From Octopus sinensis (lineage: Eukaryota), in the NCBI RefSeq assembly GCF_006345805.1, contig NC_043011.1:14954464-15018463 (forward strand): a stretch of DNA of 64,000 nt. Reading direction: 5' to 3'. The notes below the pieces were generated by a model. It did not search any database, was not told the DNA's origin, and saw only the letters and a program-made list of their open reading frames with translations. Below are positions 39,903 to 51,363 of this stretch, piece by piece. A program made the position numbers and the translations under genes. Positions within the stretch are counted from its first letter, which is position 1, and every line of letters begins with the position of its first letter.

Positions 39903-40057
39903 CAGACATGTTTATTTCAGTTTCCGTCTAGCAAATCCACTCACAAGTCTTTGGTTGGCACGAGGCTACAGTAGAAGAGTTCTGCCAGAAGTGCCACGCA
40001 GTGGAAGTGAACCCGAGAACCATGTGGTTGGGAAGCAAGCTCCTTACGACACAGCCA
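39655..40057 (-). mobile_element. tRNA-derived SINE, family 3, with internal (CA)/(TA) microsatellite
   Basis: Homologous to 7725-7980. tRNA-like head at ~40057-39990. Confidence 0.85.
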
Positions 40058-40828
40058 CGCTGCACCTATATATATCCTGTCCTTCTCATCAGCCGTCCTC
40101 TGAATGCGTTCAAAATAGTTTTTCTATCGTCTCGGCTTAACAACCCTCATCGTTTGTTTTTTACCGTGTTATTCTCCTTGTCCTGTCTTTTACTGTTTTT
40201 ATTTGTATTGGTTTTACTGTGTTGTTTTGTTTTTACTGTCCTCTTCTTGTTTCCACTTTTACCCCACCGCAAAAAATCCCAGATTTTATTTAATTTGCTT
40301 TCCGGGAAGGACTGTTTCAACGAAGTCGCGTCTTGTCCTTACCTTCGAACGCGGAGTAGCCGAAACAGGGACAACTGAAGAAGAGGAATGTTCCTTGTGT
40401 TGTATGTCTTGTACGTTGTATTTTCGTTGCTTGAAAAAAAGGCCGTTTCCATGTTTTTGATTTTATGTTTTCGTTTCTCATTGTGTTCAACGTTTTTTGG
40501 TGTCCTGTACCCATATAAGCATGCATATATACATATAGATGTAGGTATGTACATATATGTATGTATATATACATATGTTTATATATTATTTTGTTATTAT
40601 ATATATGTATGTATATACAGTATATTATATATGTATATGTATATATATAATATATATTATATATATAGAATATATAATAATAAATAATATAATATATATA
40701 TATATATATAATATAACTTATACATATATATATACAAGATATATTAAATATATATATATAATATATACATATACATATATATATATACAAGATATATAAT
40801 ATATATACAAGATATATATATATATATA

Positions 40829-42063
40829 TTTCTCTCTCTCTCTTCTCTGTCACGTGACTGTTGGCCGAAATCTGCCTTTCAGCTCCTGACCCTCGTCGTG
40901 TTAACATCGTTGTTCTTCGTCCGCCGCTATAAAGGCTTTTTCCAATGCGCCAGAGAAAAAATTTGTTTGCTTGTTATCAGTCAGTAAGACACTTGTTGTT
41001 CTCACCGTTAATGCTTCTGTATTTCATGTTTCTGTATTCCATTATGTTTTTTGTTTTTTCTATATCTGTCCCTTTTGCTGTCCTGGTGTTCGTATGCATT
41101 CGTCCTTCTTCAGGAAATCTACGCTTCCAGCTTAGTTTTTCTTGGAGGGCTGGCCGTGATCTAGTAATCTCAAGATTAATCAGCCGAAATTACTACGATG
41201 ATCCGGTTCTTGACTGAAGACTGAGGGGTTCGAATGTCCTGTCCATGTTTTTGTATCGTCTTCTATGAGTTATACGTTCTTGTCCATGTTGTATTTTTCT
41301 ACATACCTTAACATATATTCCAGGCGCCCCGTACCCCCTTTATCATTAATGTGAACACATATTCTAATAATTGGTACGACTCTCTGTTTGTCTCTCTCTC
41401 TCTCTCATTTTTACTTTCTCTCTATTCATCTTCTCTTTCCTCTGATCCTTGGGTCTAGTCTTCCACTACCCTCCTATTTCTTTGTCTCGCTCTGCACTCA
41501 CAGGTCATTCTTCGACACCCATCCCTTCTCCTCTCTGATTCCTTCTTTCTCTCTCTTCTCTCTCTTTGTTGCGTTTTGTCCCCCTTTTCTCTCTCTTCTT
41601 CTCTGTCACGTGACTGTTGGCCGAAATCTGCCTTTCAGCTCCTGACCCTCGTCGTGTTAACATCGTTGTTCTTCGTCCGCCGCTATAAAGGCTTTTCCAA
41701 TGCGCCAGAGAAAAAATTTGTTTGCTTGTTATCAGTCGTAAGACACTTGTTGTTCTCACCGTTAATGCTTCTGTATTCATGTTTCTGTATTCATTATTGT
41801 TTTTTGTTTTTTCTATATCTGTCCCTTTTGCTGTCCTGGTGTTCGTATGCATTCGATCCTTCTTCCAGGAAATCTACGCTTCCAGCTTAGTTTTTCTTGG
41901 AGGGCTGGCCGTGATCTAGTAATCTCAAGATTAATCAGCCGAAATTACTACGATGATCCGGTTCTTGACTGAAGACTGAGGGGTTCGAATGTCCTGTCCA
42001 TGTTTATTGTATCGTCTTCTATGAGTTATACGTTCTTGTCCATGTTGTATTTTTCTACATACC

Positions 42064-42066
<3 letters not shown>
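40829..42066 (+). repeat. ~480-bp direct duplication (40829-41310 and 41586-42066), Penelope pseudo-LTR-like
   Basis: Near-identical copies that differ mainly by 1-bp indels. Contains GGCTG..CAGCC-GAAA, a hammerhead stem II relic with a decayed core. Confidence 0.85.
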
Positions 42067-42103
<37 letters not shown>

Positions 42104-42438
42104 TATATGGGTACAGGACGTCACCAACTGCAAATAACATGAAATACGAAAGCCCAGCGAGTTAAATACGCAAACAACGTGAGAAAAAAATTGCAAACAG
42201 GGCAAGTAACCCTTCATCAGATGCCAGGTGTCTATCAACTCCTCATTTCGTGCAATCAACGATAATATGAGTCTTCGAAGACAGTTGCTCCCATAACCTC
42301 CAAAATAAAATTTGGATTTTATGGAGAGTCAAATTTAGGAACAAAAACAGGACAGTGGCGAATATACAACGGAACCGAACGAAAACAAACATGGAGGGTC
42401 GTTGGATGAGAACGAGGGGAAAGATAGTGAATGCTATG

Positions 42439-42500
<62 letters not shown>

Positions 42501-42550
42501 TATAAACACCAGTTTGCAATGATTCACCAAAAAGGAGAGTTACAAATGTT

Positions 42551-42827
42551 ACTAATTGTGAGTAAGGTGTTAGTAAACACCTACATTGCTCGAAATAAGA
42601 GCTAAACCGCTGTAATGCTGTAGAAAACATATTCACTAACAGGGATCATAATCGTCCGAAAAGTGCCGAACGTCAGTATTAAGACTTCTCGTTCGGCACT
42701 TTTCGGACGATTATGGTCCCTGTTAGTGAATATGTTTTCATTTATGTGCGTTAACCACAGCAGTAAAGCGGTTTAGCTCTTATTTCTAGCAATGTAGCAG
42801 TTTCCTAACACCCTAGTCACATTTAGT
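42551..42827. repeat. Fold-back palindromic element
   Basis: Inner 50-bp arms (42623-42672 and 42690-42739) with one mismatch and a 17-nt loop. Outer imperfect arms extend to 42551 and 42827. Confidence 0.9.
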
Positions 42828-42870
42828 GTGACACACGCGCACAGATATTATATATATATATATATATATA

Positions 42871-42901
<31 letters not shown>

Positions 42902-42979
42902 GTATATGTGCGTATGCCTCTCAGGATAAAAGATTTAACCTCTTTTGAGGTAGACCTTGATTTAATTACCAATATTAAA

Positions 42980-43760
42980 TTATAAGTACTACAACCCATT
43001 TCAAGCCAAACTAAACTCTGATATTAGAAACTTGAGACGGTCTAAAAAGAACCTAATTTCAGTAATGAGGCCACTTATAGATTATCAAATCCAGCGAGGA
43101 CTAAAATCGGGTTAGCAGCCAAAAAATTATTAAAATAATATCAAAATCAGAGACCACTATGCTAAAACAATGGGATAATAACAATTCTGTAATAGTATGG
43201 TTTAAGAATTTAAATGACGAGCATAGGGCTAGATTTAAACAGTTCGATATTATAGATATTTATCCCTCTAAATTGATTTCGCTGCTTGATCAGGCGATTG
43301 AGTTTGCAAAGATATAAACCTAGACTTTATCGTTCCTTCGAGAAAAATACTTGTATTTAGCAAGGGCTCTGCGTTGGTTAAAACATCCGATAACAGATGA
43401 ATTGTCCGGTGCATCGATGGGATCGTATTGCAGTATTGACATCTGCGGTCTAGTAGATCTCTTACATTGAAATCCAAGTTCCCATTCCTCGATATTGGTC
43501 TATATCGAAACAATGGATTGGGTATTTCCCGTGGTTGTGATGCTCACACTCTTGATAAATTTAAGAAAAAAGCTAATCACTACCTTTAGTCAATTAGGCT
43601 TCAAAATCACAGTCCCTACCAAACTGTCAACACTTGATTTCGTAGACGTTTCTCTAGATCTAACCTGGACTTTGTACCTTTGAACTTTACATTGTGAAAG
43701 CAAAAGGATTATACCTAACGATACCAAAAGCAACAAAAATGCTTTCACACCTTGAGCCTG
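42980..43760 (+). mobile_element. Fossil Penelope-like element (Neptune-type) RT
   Basis: Broken frames give KQWDNNNSVIVWFKNL..FKQFDIIDIYPS, MGSY..ICGLV and IGLYRNNGLG (YRDD decayed to YRNN at 43503-43514), then TLDFVDVSLDL. Confidence 0.8.
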
Positions 43761-43834
43761 CCTAACGAAAGAGAAACACCTACAGGCTTGTTTACAAAGT
43801 TCTACAAGCATGAATGCATCAAATCACTCTTTAT

Positions 43835-43920
43835 GCTACTGGTAACATGTCATCCAGTACAACCTGTCACATGGTCGGACCGTCGGCGACTGAACCAGCA
43901 ACCCTACCAAGCCTGATTTG
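43835..43920 (+). mobile_element. Fragment homologous to the 5' end of the RTE-related element at 54202
   Basis: Shares TGCTACTGGTAACATGT..CCAGTACAACCTGT..ACCAGCAACCC. Confidence 0.7.
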
Positions 43921-44358
43921 CAAGGAGAGTGCAGAGCGAAAAAAAAAATGGCAGATCAACTTTGTAGTGTCAATGATCATTTAGCGGCTGTGAGGAAGAG
44001 ACCTTTTAGTCTTTGTTTAAATATCTCTCTCGAAGAAGGATATTCCGAAATAACATTGGCTTTAAATTTCAGCATGGTCATTGCTGACAGCCAGCCATTG
44101 TCATTAACATCGAGGATAAGATAATATGTCAATGATGGTCTTAATCATATGCGAGTTGAGTGTTGACTGCCACTATGTATGTGTATACACATTTACACAA
44201 CGTTGTATGTAGGCTTCATGCCCATAGCGGAATAAATATTTCGTAAACTTAAGGAGAATAATTCAGTGAAAATACATAAAATGATTAACCGAAGTAACAC
44301 GTGAAAAATATTATATAATTATTTTAATTGGCAGTGTAGCAAGAATATGAATGCCCGT

Positions 44359-44660
44359 GGGCATATGGCGTTGTGGTAAGAGCGCGGGCTACTAACCCCA
44401 AGATTCCGAGTACGATTGCAGGCAGTGACCTTAATAATAATAATAATAATAATAATAAAATAATAATAATAATAATAATAATGATGATGATAATAACAAC
44501 AACAACAACAACAACAACATCGAAAAATACCTTACGAAATTTCGAAATTTCCCCAAGACACCTGAAGAAGGCTGGAGGGTATATCAGCCGAAACGTTGTG
44601 TTAACAACAAATAAGATGAGGACAAATATCCGTCGAATGTAAATAATGTAAATAATATTC
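44359..44660 (+). mobile_element. tRNA-headed SINE-like element with (AAT)n spacer and hammerhead-containing tail
   Basis: A-box-like TGGCGTTGTGG (44366-44376), degenerate B box (~44408-44419), (AAT/GAT/AAC)n at 44431-44519, then a Penelope-type tail. Confidence 0.75.
44557..44602 (+). ncRNA. Minimal type-I hammerhead ribozyme motif
   Basis: Stem I GACAC/GUGUU; core CUGAAGA plus an extra A; stem II GGCUG/CAGCC; GAAA; palindromic stem III ACGU; cleavage triplet GUU, cutting after 44597. Confidence 0.8.
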
Positions 44661-45668
44661 CCTACTGTATTCTCTATTAAGGAATCAAAAAGCCTGAGAA
44701 CCTGTACTAACCCCAAGTAAATGAAGCAACTTCAACAGAACTAACAATGCGCGTACATTAATGCGAGTACGAAAACGTAAGCTTTTGCTTGTGTGTGTGT
44801 GTGTGTGTGTAAATTTGATGAAGTGATAGCTGTAATCTGCGAAAAGAAGGAACTCACTATTATCACTGTTAGAAACAGAATAAAAATATGTTGTTGTCTT
44901 CTCACAAAATTGCTAGATGGTACAACCCCTGTCTCTCTAGAAAAGACGCTTGTTTTGAATAAGTTGTTAGTGCTGCCGATATATATATTTTAGTAGTGTT
45001 CATAACAATGACTTTACTTACGAAACATTGTCTTGAGGCAAACAGAATTAAGTAGGCAAGTAATGTAGCTGTTACAATTACACTTGTGATTAGTAGCGAT
45101 TCAACTCAATGTTTCGTTGGCCTCGCGGCAGCGGAGCTAAAGGGGTAGATGGTGACGTCAAGAAAATGCGTTAATTTCAGATTTGGTTATTTTGGTGACT
45201 GTGAATCCATAATCTAAAACAATTAAGTTAAATAAACAGTAGAGGTTTTTCTTAATCTAGCTGGTAGAGGTACGTTTCGAATTTTGGGTACCAGAAGCCA
45301 ATTGTCTCTGTAAAGATCCTCCAGGAGCAGGAGACTAGATTCAAAATAAACCTTAACGAAGTCTGGCGACAGGGGAGACAATTTCTCTTTTGCTCAAATG
45401 ACAGGATCGACTTTAGATATTATTGATCATAAAGAATTATTGCAAAGAATGAGAGGCTTTCTGGCTAGTCAGGAAATTTCAGTTTCGTTTTTCGATAATA
45501 TCTGTTTGTCATCTAGAATAATTCAAAACCTTGATGAAGCTTGGTTACTGAGGCATGTTAACCATTTACATGGCCTTGGAAAAGACTTGCTTGTTTGAGA
45601 GAGATCTAAACCAGCACATGGCTGATTGTGTCTTGGTTTAAATAAGCAATACTTTTAGTGTTGAGAGG

Positions 45669-45710
<42 letters not shown>

Positions 45711-45768
45711 ATTGGTGAATTGAAGAAATGGAGCTGAACGCAGATTGAACAGAAATCGTTTTATTTCA

Positions 45769-45847
45769 TTCTACACGTGTTTCGAAAGGCACAAATTACC
45801 AAAATCCGATTGAATAATGGGACCATATTGTGTCTTCTCTTCAGGAA
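45769..45847 (-). ncRNA. Type-I hammerhead ribozyme motif at the 3' end of the Penelope-like element
   Basis: UUC-CUGAAGA, imperfect ~10-bp stem II (GAAGACACAA/UUGUGCCUUUC), GAAA, palindrome ACACGUGU, then A and GAA (3-bp stem I). Confidence 0.65.
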
Positions 45848-47577
45848 GAAAAAGGAAATCCGTTGGAAAAACAAAAACAGAACAGAGGCAGAGCAAAAAC
45901 AAAATCGAACTGTGCTCCTAAGAGCCTATGGCGAAACTGTTTATCAGTGTATGTTGAGAACCGGTGGCTGAAGAATTCAACAGGTCAGGCATCGGTCAAA
46001 CATGTGGGTGAGGGTGTATAGATGTTCTTTGTGACCGAGAATAAAGTTCTGACTATTTAAAGAATATTGGATGTTTTATAAGGGGCGAGAAAAAATCTAC
46101 TTAGAGAGACGTGTGTGTGTGTATTACTGTTCTATATATGTGTGTGTTGGCGTAGGGGTAGAAAACATTTTGTGTACGTGTGTGCGTTTGATCGTTCGGC
46201 TGTCAGTGGCTACTGCCGTTGATAACCGTTGGGTGGCAGAAAGAAAAAAAATAAAGAAATTATATATATATATTTTATGTTTTATGTGTGTGGTGTGTGT
46301 GTGTTCATCTAAGCCTACCTTGACAAGGAAACCCCCCCGCTGTGAAAAAACAAGCCCCGTTTGTCTTACAGGGTAGTAATTTCCCTTGCAGTGGTTATTG
46401 TAGATATCTTAAAATCTATTTCAGAATTTGTTACCAAGGGCTATGGGTGCCGGTCTTATTTATAAACGCTATTTAAAGGCCAGATAAGTGTAACGCGCCA
46501 ATGGGGGCATCGAAAAGCCGACTGTAAGAGCCCGTTTACCATCCGGCCTCTGGCAAACAAAATATGGAAGAGTTCGGAGACACAAAGGTTGCACTGTCTT
46601 GGCCCCTATCAAATGGGAGGGCCACCGACAAAATTGACCATTCAGCCTATAGCTTAAGTTCGCATCCTTCAGTCGCCATATTAGCTTACTGAGTCCCGTG
46701 GTCTGGCGCTTGTTCACGTCCGCCGAAAAGTTGCGTAATGGTTGGAGACACGCAAAGACAATCTTGAGGATGATGCCCCTATATAAGTGAAGGCATCTGA
46801 GTCCGTGTAAACCTTGCATTGGTAGACGGCGTTTCTGATCTGGGAGTTCGCCGACGTGAATCTTACTCTGCTAGGATTGGTTTCTGAAATTAGAACTGCG
46901 TTCCTGTCACTATATTCGTTCCGAGACCTGCAGCCGCTTACTACTCTATTTTCCACTACGTCACTATTAACTATAGGAATAACCCCTGATTCTCCACTAT
47001 CTATCAGAGTGCTGTCATTGCTACTGCCCGTGGTACTGCTATGCGCGGAAATGATGCTGGGGATGCTAAAGGGGCTCTCTACCCTACTCCATTGTTACAT
47101 CAACCACAACACCCCTTTATAAACTATACCCTAGTGGGTACTCCCTGGCTGGAGCTGAGTTATGTGTCACTGTACTGGCTCTCATATCATTATTACTACT
47201 ATAATTATTCCTACTGAGCATAAAACCGGGAGCGGAAGAGGCTGTGCCTCCGGAAAAAGGTGATAGGGTCTTAGTAAGTAGCCTATTATTATGGGAGGCG
47301 ATTATCTGGGCGAGGTTTTTAGTGTTGGAGAAAGCTATCCTAACTTTATGTGAGTTAACCGTGGAGTAATATTTGGAATTTCTGGGGAAGTTATTGGCGA
47401 TGGCTTGTCTAAACATGAGGGGGAGGTTAGTTCTAATCTGCTTACCAAAGGGGATTACAAACCATATATGCTTATTCCTATCAGTGTGATGGGTCGGGAC
47501 GCCAGCTCTCGCATTTGGGTGGGTGATTCTCGGATGAATAACGGGTCTTGGGTTAGTGTTAAGACCTCCCGGACCGA

Positions 47578-47580
<3 letters not shown>
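45769..47580 (-). mobile_element. 5'-truncated Penelope-like element (Neptune-type): RT C-terminus, linker, GIY-YIG endonuclease, 3' pseudo-LTR
   Basis: RNKHIWFVIPFGKQIRTN..AIANNFPRN..KVRIAFSNTKNLAQIIASHNNRLL; AVYQCKV..TYIGASS..RVSNH (GIY-YIG); GLSKLIWRLKD. Frameshifted. Confidence 0.88.
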
Positions 47581-47621
<41 letters not shown>

Positions 47622-47644
47622 TATATGTATATAATATATATATA

Positions 47645-47686
<42 letters not shown>

Positions 47687-47836
47687 TATATTAGAGAAGA
47701 ACCACCATCACCATGTAGCAACTCAACAATGATAAATTAAATCATACCATATAGGAAAAATTAAATATACGATAAAACATTTACCTAGAACTAAATAAAG
47801 TACAAAATAATAGATAAATAGCATATAATTAGTAAA

Positions 47837-47921
47837 TAGACTACACGTGTTTCATGGCTATATTTTCAAACTGATAACAGTAAAATCAATTCAATTTAAA
47901 TATAGTCACTCATCAGGTCCA
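47837..47921 (-). ncRNA. Type-I hammerhead ribozyme motif upstream of the Penelope-like element
   Basis: Stem I UGGAC/GUCUA; core CUGAUGA; 12-bp stem II GUGACUAUAUUU/AAAUAUAGCCAU (one mismatch, terminal G.U); GAAA; ACACGUGU; cleavage triplet GUA. Confidence 0.75.
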
Positions 47922-47937
47922 AGATAAAAACGATAAG

Positions 47938-48062
47938 GGTCGACTTTGCCTTTCATCCTTTCGGGGTCGATAAATTAAGTACCAGTTGCGTACTGGGGTC
48001 GACCTAATCGACTGGCCCCCCTCCCCAAAATTTCGGGCCTTGTGCCTAGATTAGAAAAGAAT
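47938..48062 (+). mobile_element. SINE family 2 (5'-truncated, little diverged)
   Basis: Close match to the family core. Confidence 0.9.
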
Positions 48063-48114
48063 ATGCACATACGCACATATATATGTATAGACACACATAC
48101 GTATATATAATGTT

Positions 48115-48312
48115 GAATCGTTAGCTCCTGCACGCATTTTTCTCTCCTTGTTTCTTTTCTGTGTATCTTTCTGTCGAAGAGCGTAGGCTCGAAACGTAAA
48201 AGACTTGTTTATTTCTATTCCTGAGCGTCATACTATACAATTGTTTGTTTGTATTCCACCTTGCCTTCGTCTTTTGTTTATTTTCGTAAAACCTTCCCGT
48301 TATATATATATA

Positions 48313-48374
<62 letters not shown>

Positions 48375-48382
48375 GTATATAT

Positions 48383-48449
<67 letters not shown>

Positions 48450-48650
48450 ATTACACGAGGGAGAATTCACGAAAGAAAAAAAGACGAAGATAGGTAGTGT
48501 AGAAAAAAACAGATGTATTAGCATAACGCTCGGGAATTGAAAAAGTGTTTTACTTTTCGAGCCTACGCTCTTCTATTATAAAGGACACAGAAGAAACAAG
48601 GAGAGAAACAAGAGAGAAAAAATGTGTGTATTAGCTACCGATCTATCATG
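48115..48650. repeat. Inverted pair of Penelope pseudo-LTR-like repeats (~48115-48300 on +, ~48445-48650 on -) around a (TA)n tract
   Basis: GAAGAGCGTAGGCTCGAAA on + at 48176-48194 and its reverse complement TTTCGAGCCTACGCTCTTC at ~48555-48573, with homologous flanks. Confidence 0.8.
48166..48203 (+). ncRNA. Variant minimal hammerhead motif (A6U core)
   Basis: Stem I UCUUU/AAAGA; core CUGUCGA plus A; stem II GAGC-GUAG-GCUC; GAAA; ACGU; cleavage triplet GUA. Confidence 0.6.
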
Positions 48651-48697
48651 GCGATGGATTATATATATATATATATATATATTATAATATATATAAT

Positions 48698-48734
<37 letters not shown>

Positions 48735-49219
48735 TTAGTGGAAGCAACAGAATGACGCAAGTTCCGAGAGTTTCGTGCGTTGGCACTTATGAAGCTTAGT
48801 TACAAGTCGAAGAGGTGGGTTTAGCTGGTGAGAATTACATTTTCTTCTATATTGTTCGCGATCGAATTTTAAAATAATAACAATGTCACATGGATAATAT
48901 ATATTATTCAAATAGTTTGTCCGTTATGTTTTTCAATAAATAAATAAAGAAAGAAAGAAAGAAAGAAATAAGTAAAGAAATGAAGAGAGAAAGAAAGAAA
49001 CCTTGGGCGCATCTTCAAACGCATGCACACACACGCGCACACTCACTCACACATATACAGCCACCCACTGACACACACAGGCACACACATATTTCAATAA
49101 TTTCTCGTCCCCACATGTCTTAAGGTACACATGCATGTGTGTGTCAGTACACAAACACACGCACAAGCACACACACACATACTAACAAAAATATATATCT
49201 ATACATGCACATATAAATG

Positions 49220-49391
49220 TTAATTGTTCATTCCTGTTGCGAAGGGAGTATCCAAGCCGTCGAAACTATTTTGTGGAAGCGAGGCAGGCAGCTTCAGACC
49301 CGAGGCTGAGCCCATAAAGAGTTTGCTACGTATATCCAAGGACAAAGTGGCAATTATTAAAAAAACGAAACAGATTAAGTCTGCCGTCCAT
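49220..49391 (-). CDS. Possible coding exon ([56 protein letters not shown])
   Basis: Unique, GC-richer island between microsatellites with an open frame and a hydrophobic stretch. The acceptor (ATACACAG|) is weak and no partner exon was found. Confidence 0.25.
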
Positions 49392-49566
49392 CTGTGTATT
49401 ATACATAGACATTTGCATAGATAATTGCATACATATATTACATATATTCCAGTATGGTCGTATGCATGTGCGTATATATGTATATATATGTATAATATAT
49501 ATATATATATATATATAATATATATATATCTATATATATATATATATATATAATATATATATGTAT

Positions 49567-49613
<47 letters not shown>

Positions 49614-49735
49614 TAGATATATACATATATATATATACATATTATAATATGTGTATATATATATAAATGTATATATATATGTATATATATATATGTATAT
49701 ATATGTATATATGTATATATATATATGTATATATG

Positions 49736-49769
<34 letters not shown>

Positions 49770-50936
49770 TGTATTATATGCATATATATATATATGTACA
49801 TCTATACAGAGAGGGAGATACAGGGTGAGGTGGGGATAGATGCATATGTATGTAAAGTGATTAATTTCTATATCAAGGGAATATCGAATATGCGAAGGCT
49901 TTTTTTTTCCTAAGCAATTTACTCAATTATTAAATTATTTTTGTTTTGTGTTTGCGTTTTTATTTTTAGAATATTGATTTTTATCTTTATGTGAACGTGT
50001 GTGTAGTCGTGGCGGAACATGTTTCCTCAAAAGGCTTTCCTGCTTTTGTTTACGTCTTTTTGTTTTAATACAGTGTTTTGTCGGTGCAATTAAACAAAAA
50101 AAAAAAAAAGAAGATAAGTGATTTATTGAAGATCGTCGTGGTGACTTGTAAATGTTGATTTCTTCTTACACAGCGACATGGCCATATTTTAAAGAAGCCT
50201 ACAGACGATTTTCTCATCTCCAATATTACTATTGATTTCTTTCATTGGCACGCGGCCACACATTTAAGGAGGGCAGGGAATAGTCGATTAAAATCGATCC
50301 CAGTGCTTGAATAACTCTTTTATTGACTCGCTTGGAAATTATCTATTTTTAAAAAAAATTCTATGTTTTTCATTACAGAGTCTGCTATCTTCTTTTTAGG
50401 ACCTCCGAGACTGTAGGAAGACGAGTAAAAAATTATCTTCCCAATGGACATTTTGCCCCAATTTTTTTTCAAGAGAGTAGACTTCGCTAAAGGCACGCAA
50501 GGGTCCAATAGGGATAGTGTTAAGTTGACATGTAAAGGATTGCTGAATAACAGCTAGTTTTTGGTAAGTTTGATTCGATTTTGATCCGGTGGTAAGGCGC
50601 GTTTTTAATACGGACCCTTAAAATATAGAGTTTTCCTCTAAATGAGAAGAAGGTAATATTCTAGCCTGGGATTTGAATTGTTTCTCTAAGAAAGGGTGGA
50701 TCCAGATCTGAATAAATCTCTGGGTCACAATATTTACCATCGTCATCATCATGATCAAGATCATCGTCAGTGGCAGTATTGTCACTTAAGCCGTCATAGT
50801 CATTGAAGTTGTAGAGCGGGTTTCGAGTTCATTTTGGAATTAGTGAATTAGTTTGTTTCATGAATATTAGGAATCTGAAAGGATACGGCCATCACAACTT
50901 TAATTCGCCAGGTATAAGTCTACGAGATTATAATTT

Positions 50937-51363
50937 GGATATTTTCGGTTTGAACGGCAGTTTTTTCTAGCGGTGTCATATGAAATTGTCACCCATAATT
51001 ATGACCCTAGAATCGATCTATTGCATTTCAATCTCTTTTAGGGTTAGGGTTAGTTAGGGTCAGGGGTGGGGGAAGGGTATCTTTTTTTCTTCACAAATGT
51101 AAATAAACCCAATCTGTTTCTTAAACGAGGGACATATTCATACGGCACAGAATGCTTTTTAACTTAATAGACGTCACTGATTGGTTGAAATTGCAGAAAT
51201 TGAAGAAAAAACAACAACAAATATCTTACAAACCATAGAATTTTCTCAATAAAGCCAAGAGAAAAAGATGTTATATAAACACATTCTACCAGTGTACGAA
51301 GTTAAAAATTTTTTAGTAACCTAGAAATTATGTTAAAAACTGCCGTTCAAACCGAAAAGATCC
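50937..51363. mobile_element. Telomere-repeat-bearing MITE, copy 7 (orientation B)
   Basis: 8-bp TSD TATAATTT at 50929-50936 and 51364-51371. Confidence 0.95.

Noticed and set aside
42195-42225. Minus-strand CUGAUGA-A-GGG..CCC half hammerhead
   Set aside because: The GAAA and stem III half is missing, so it was counted only as a relic.
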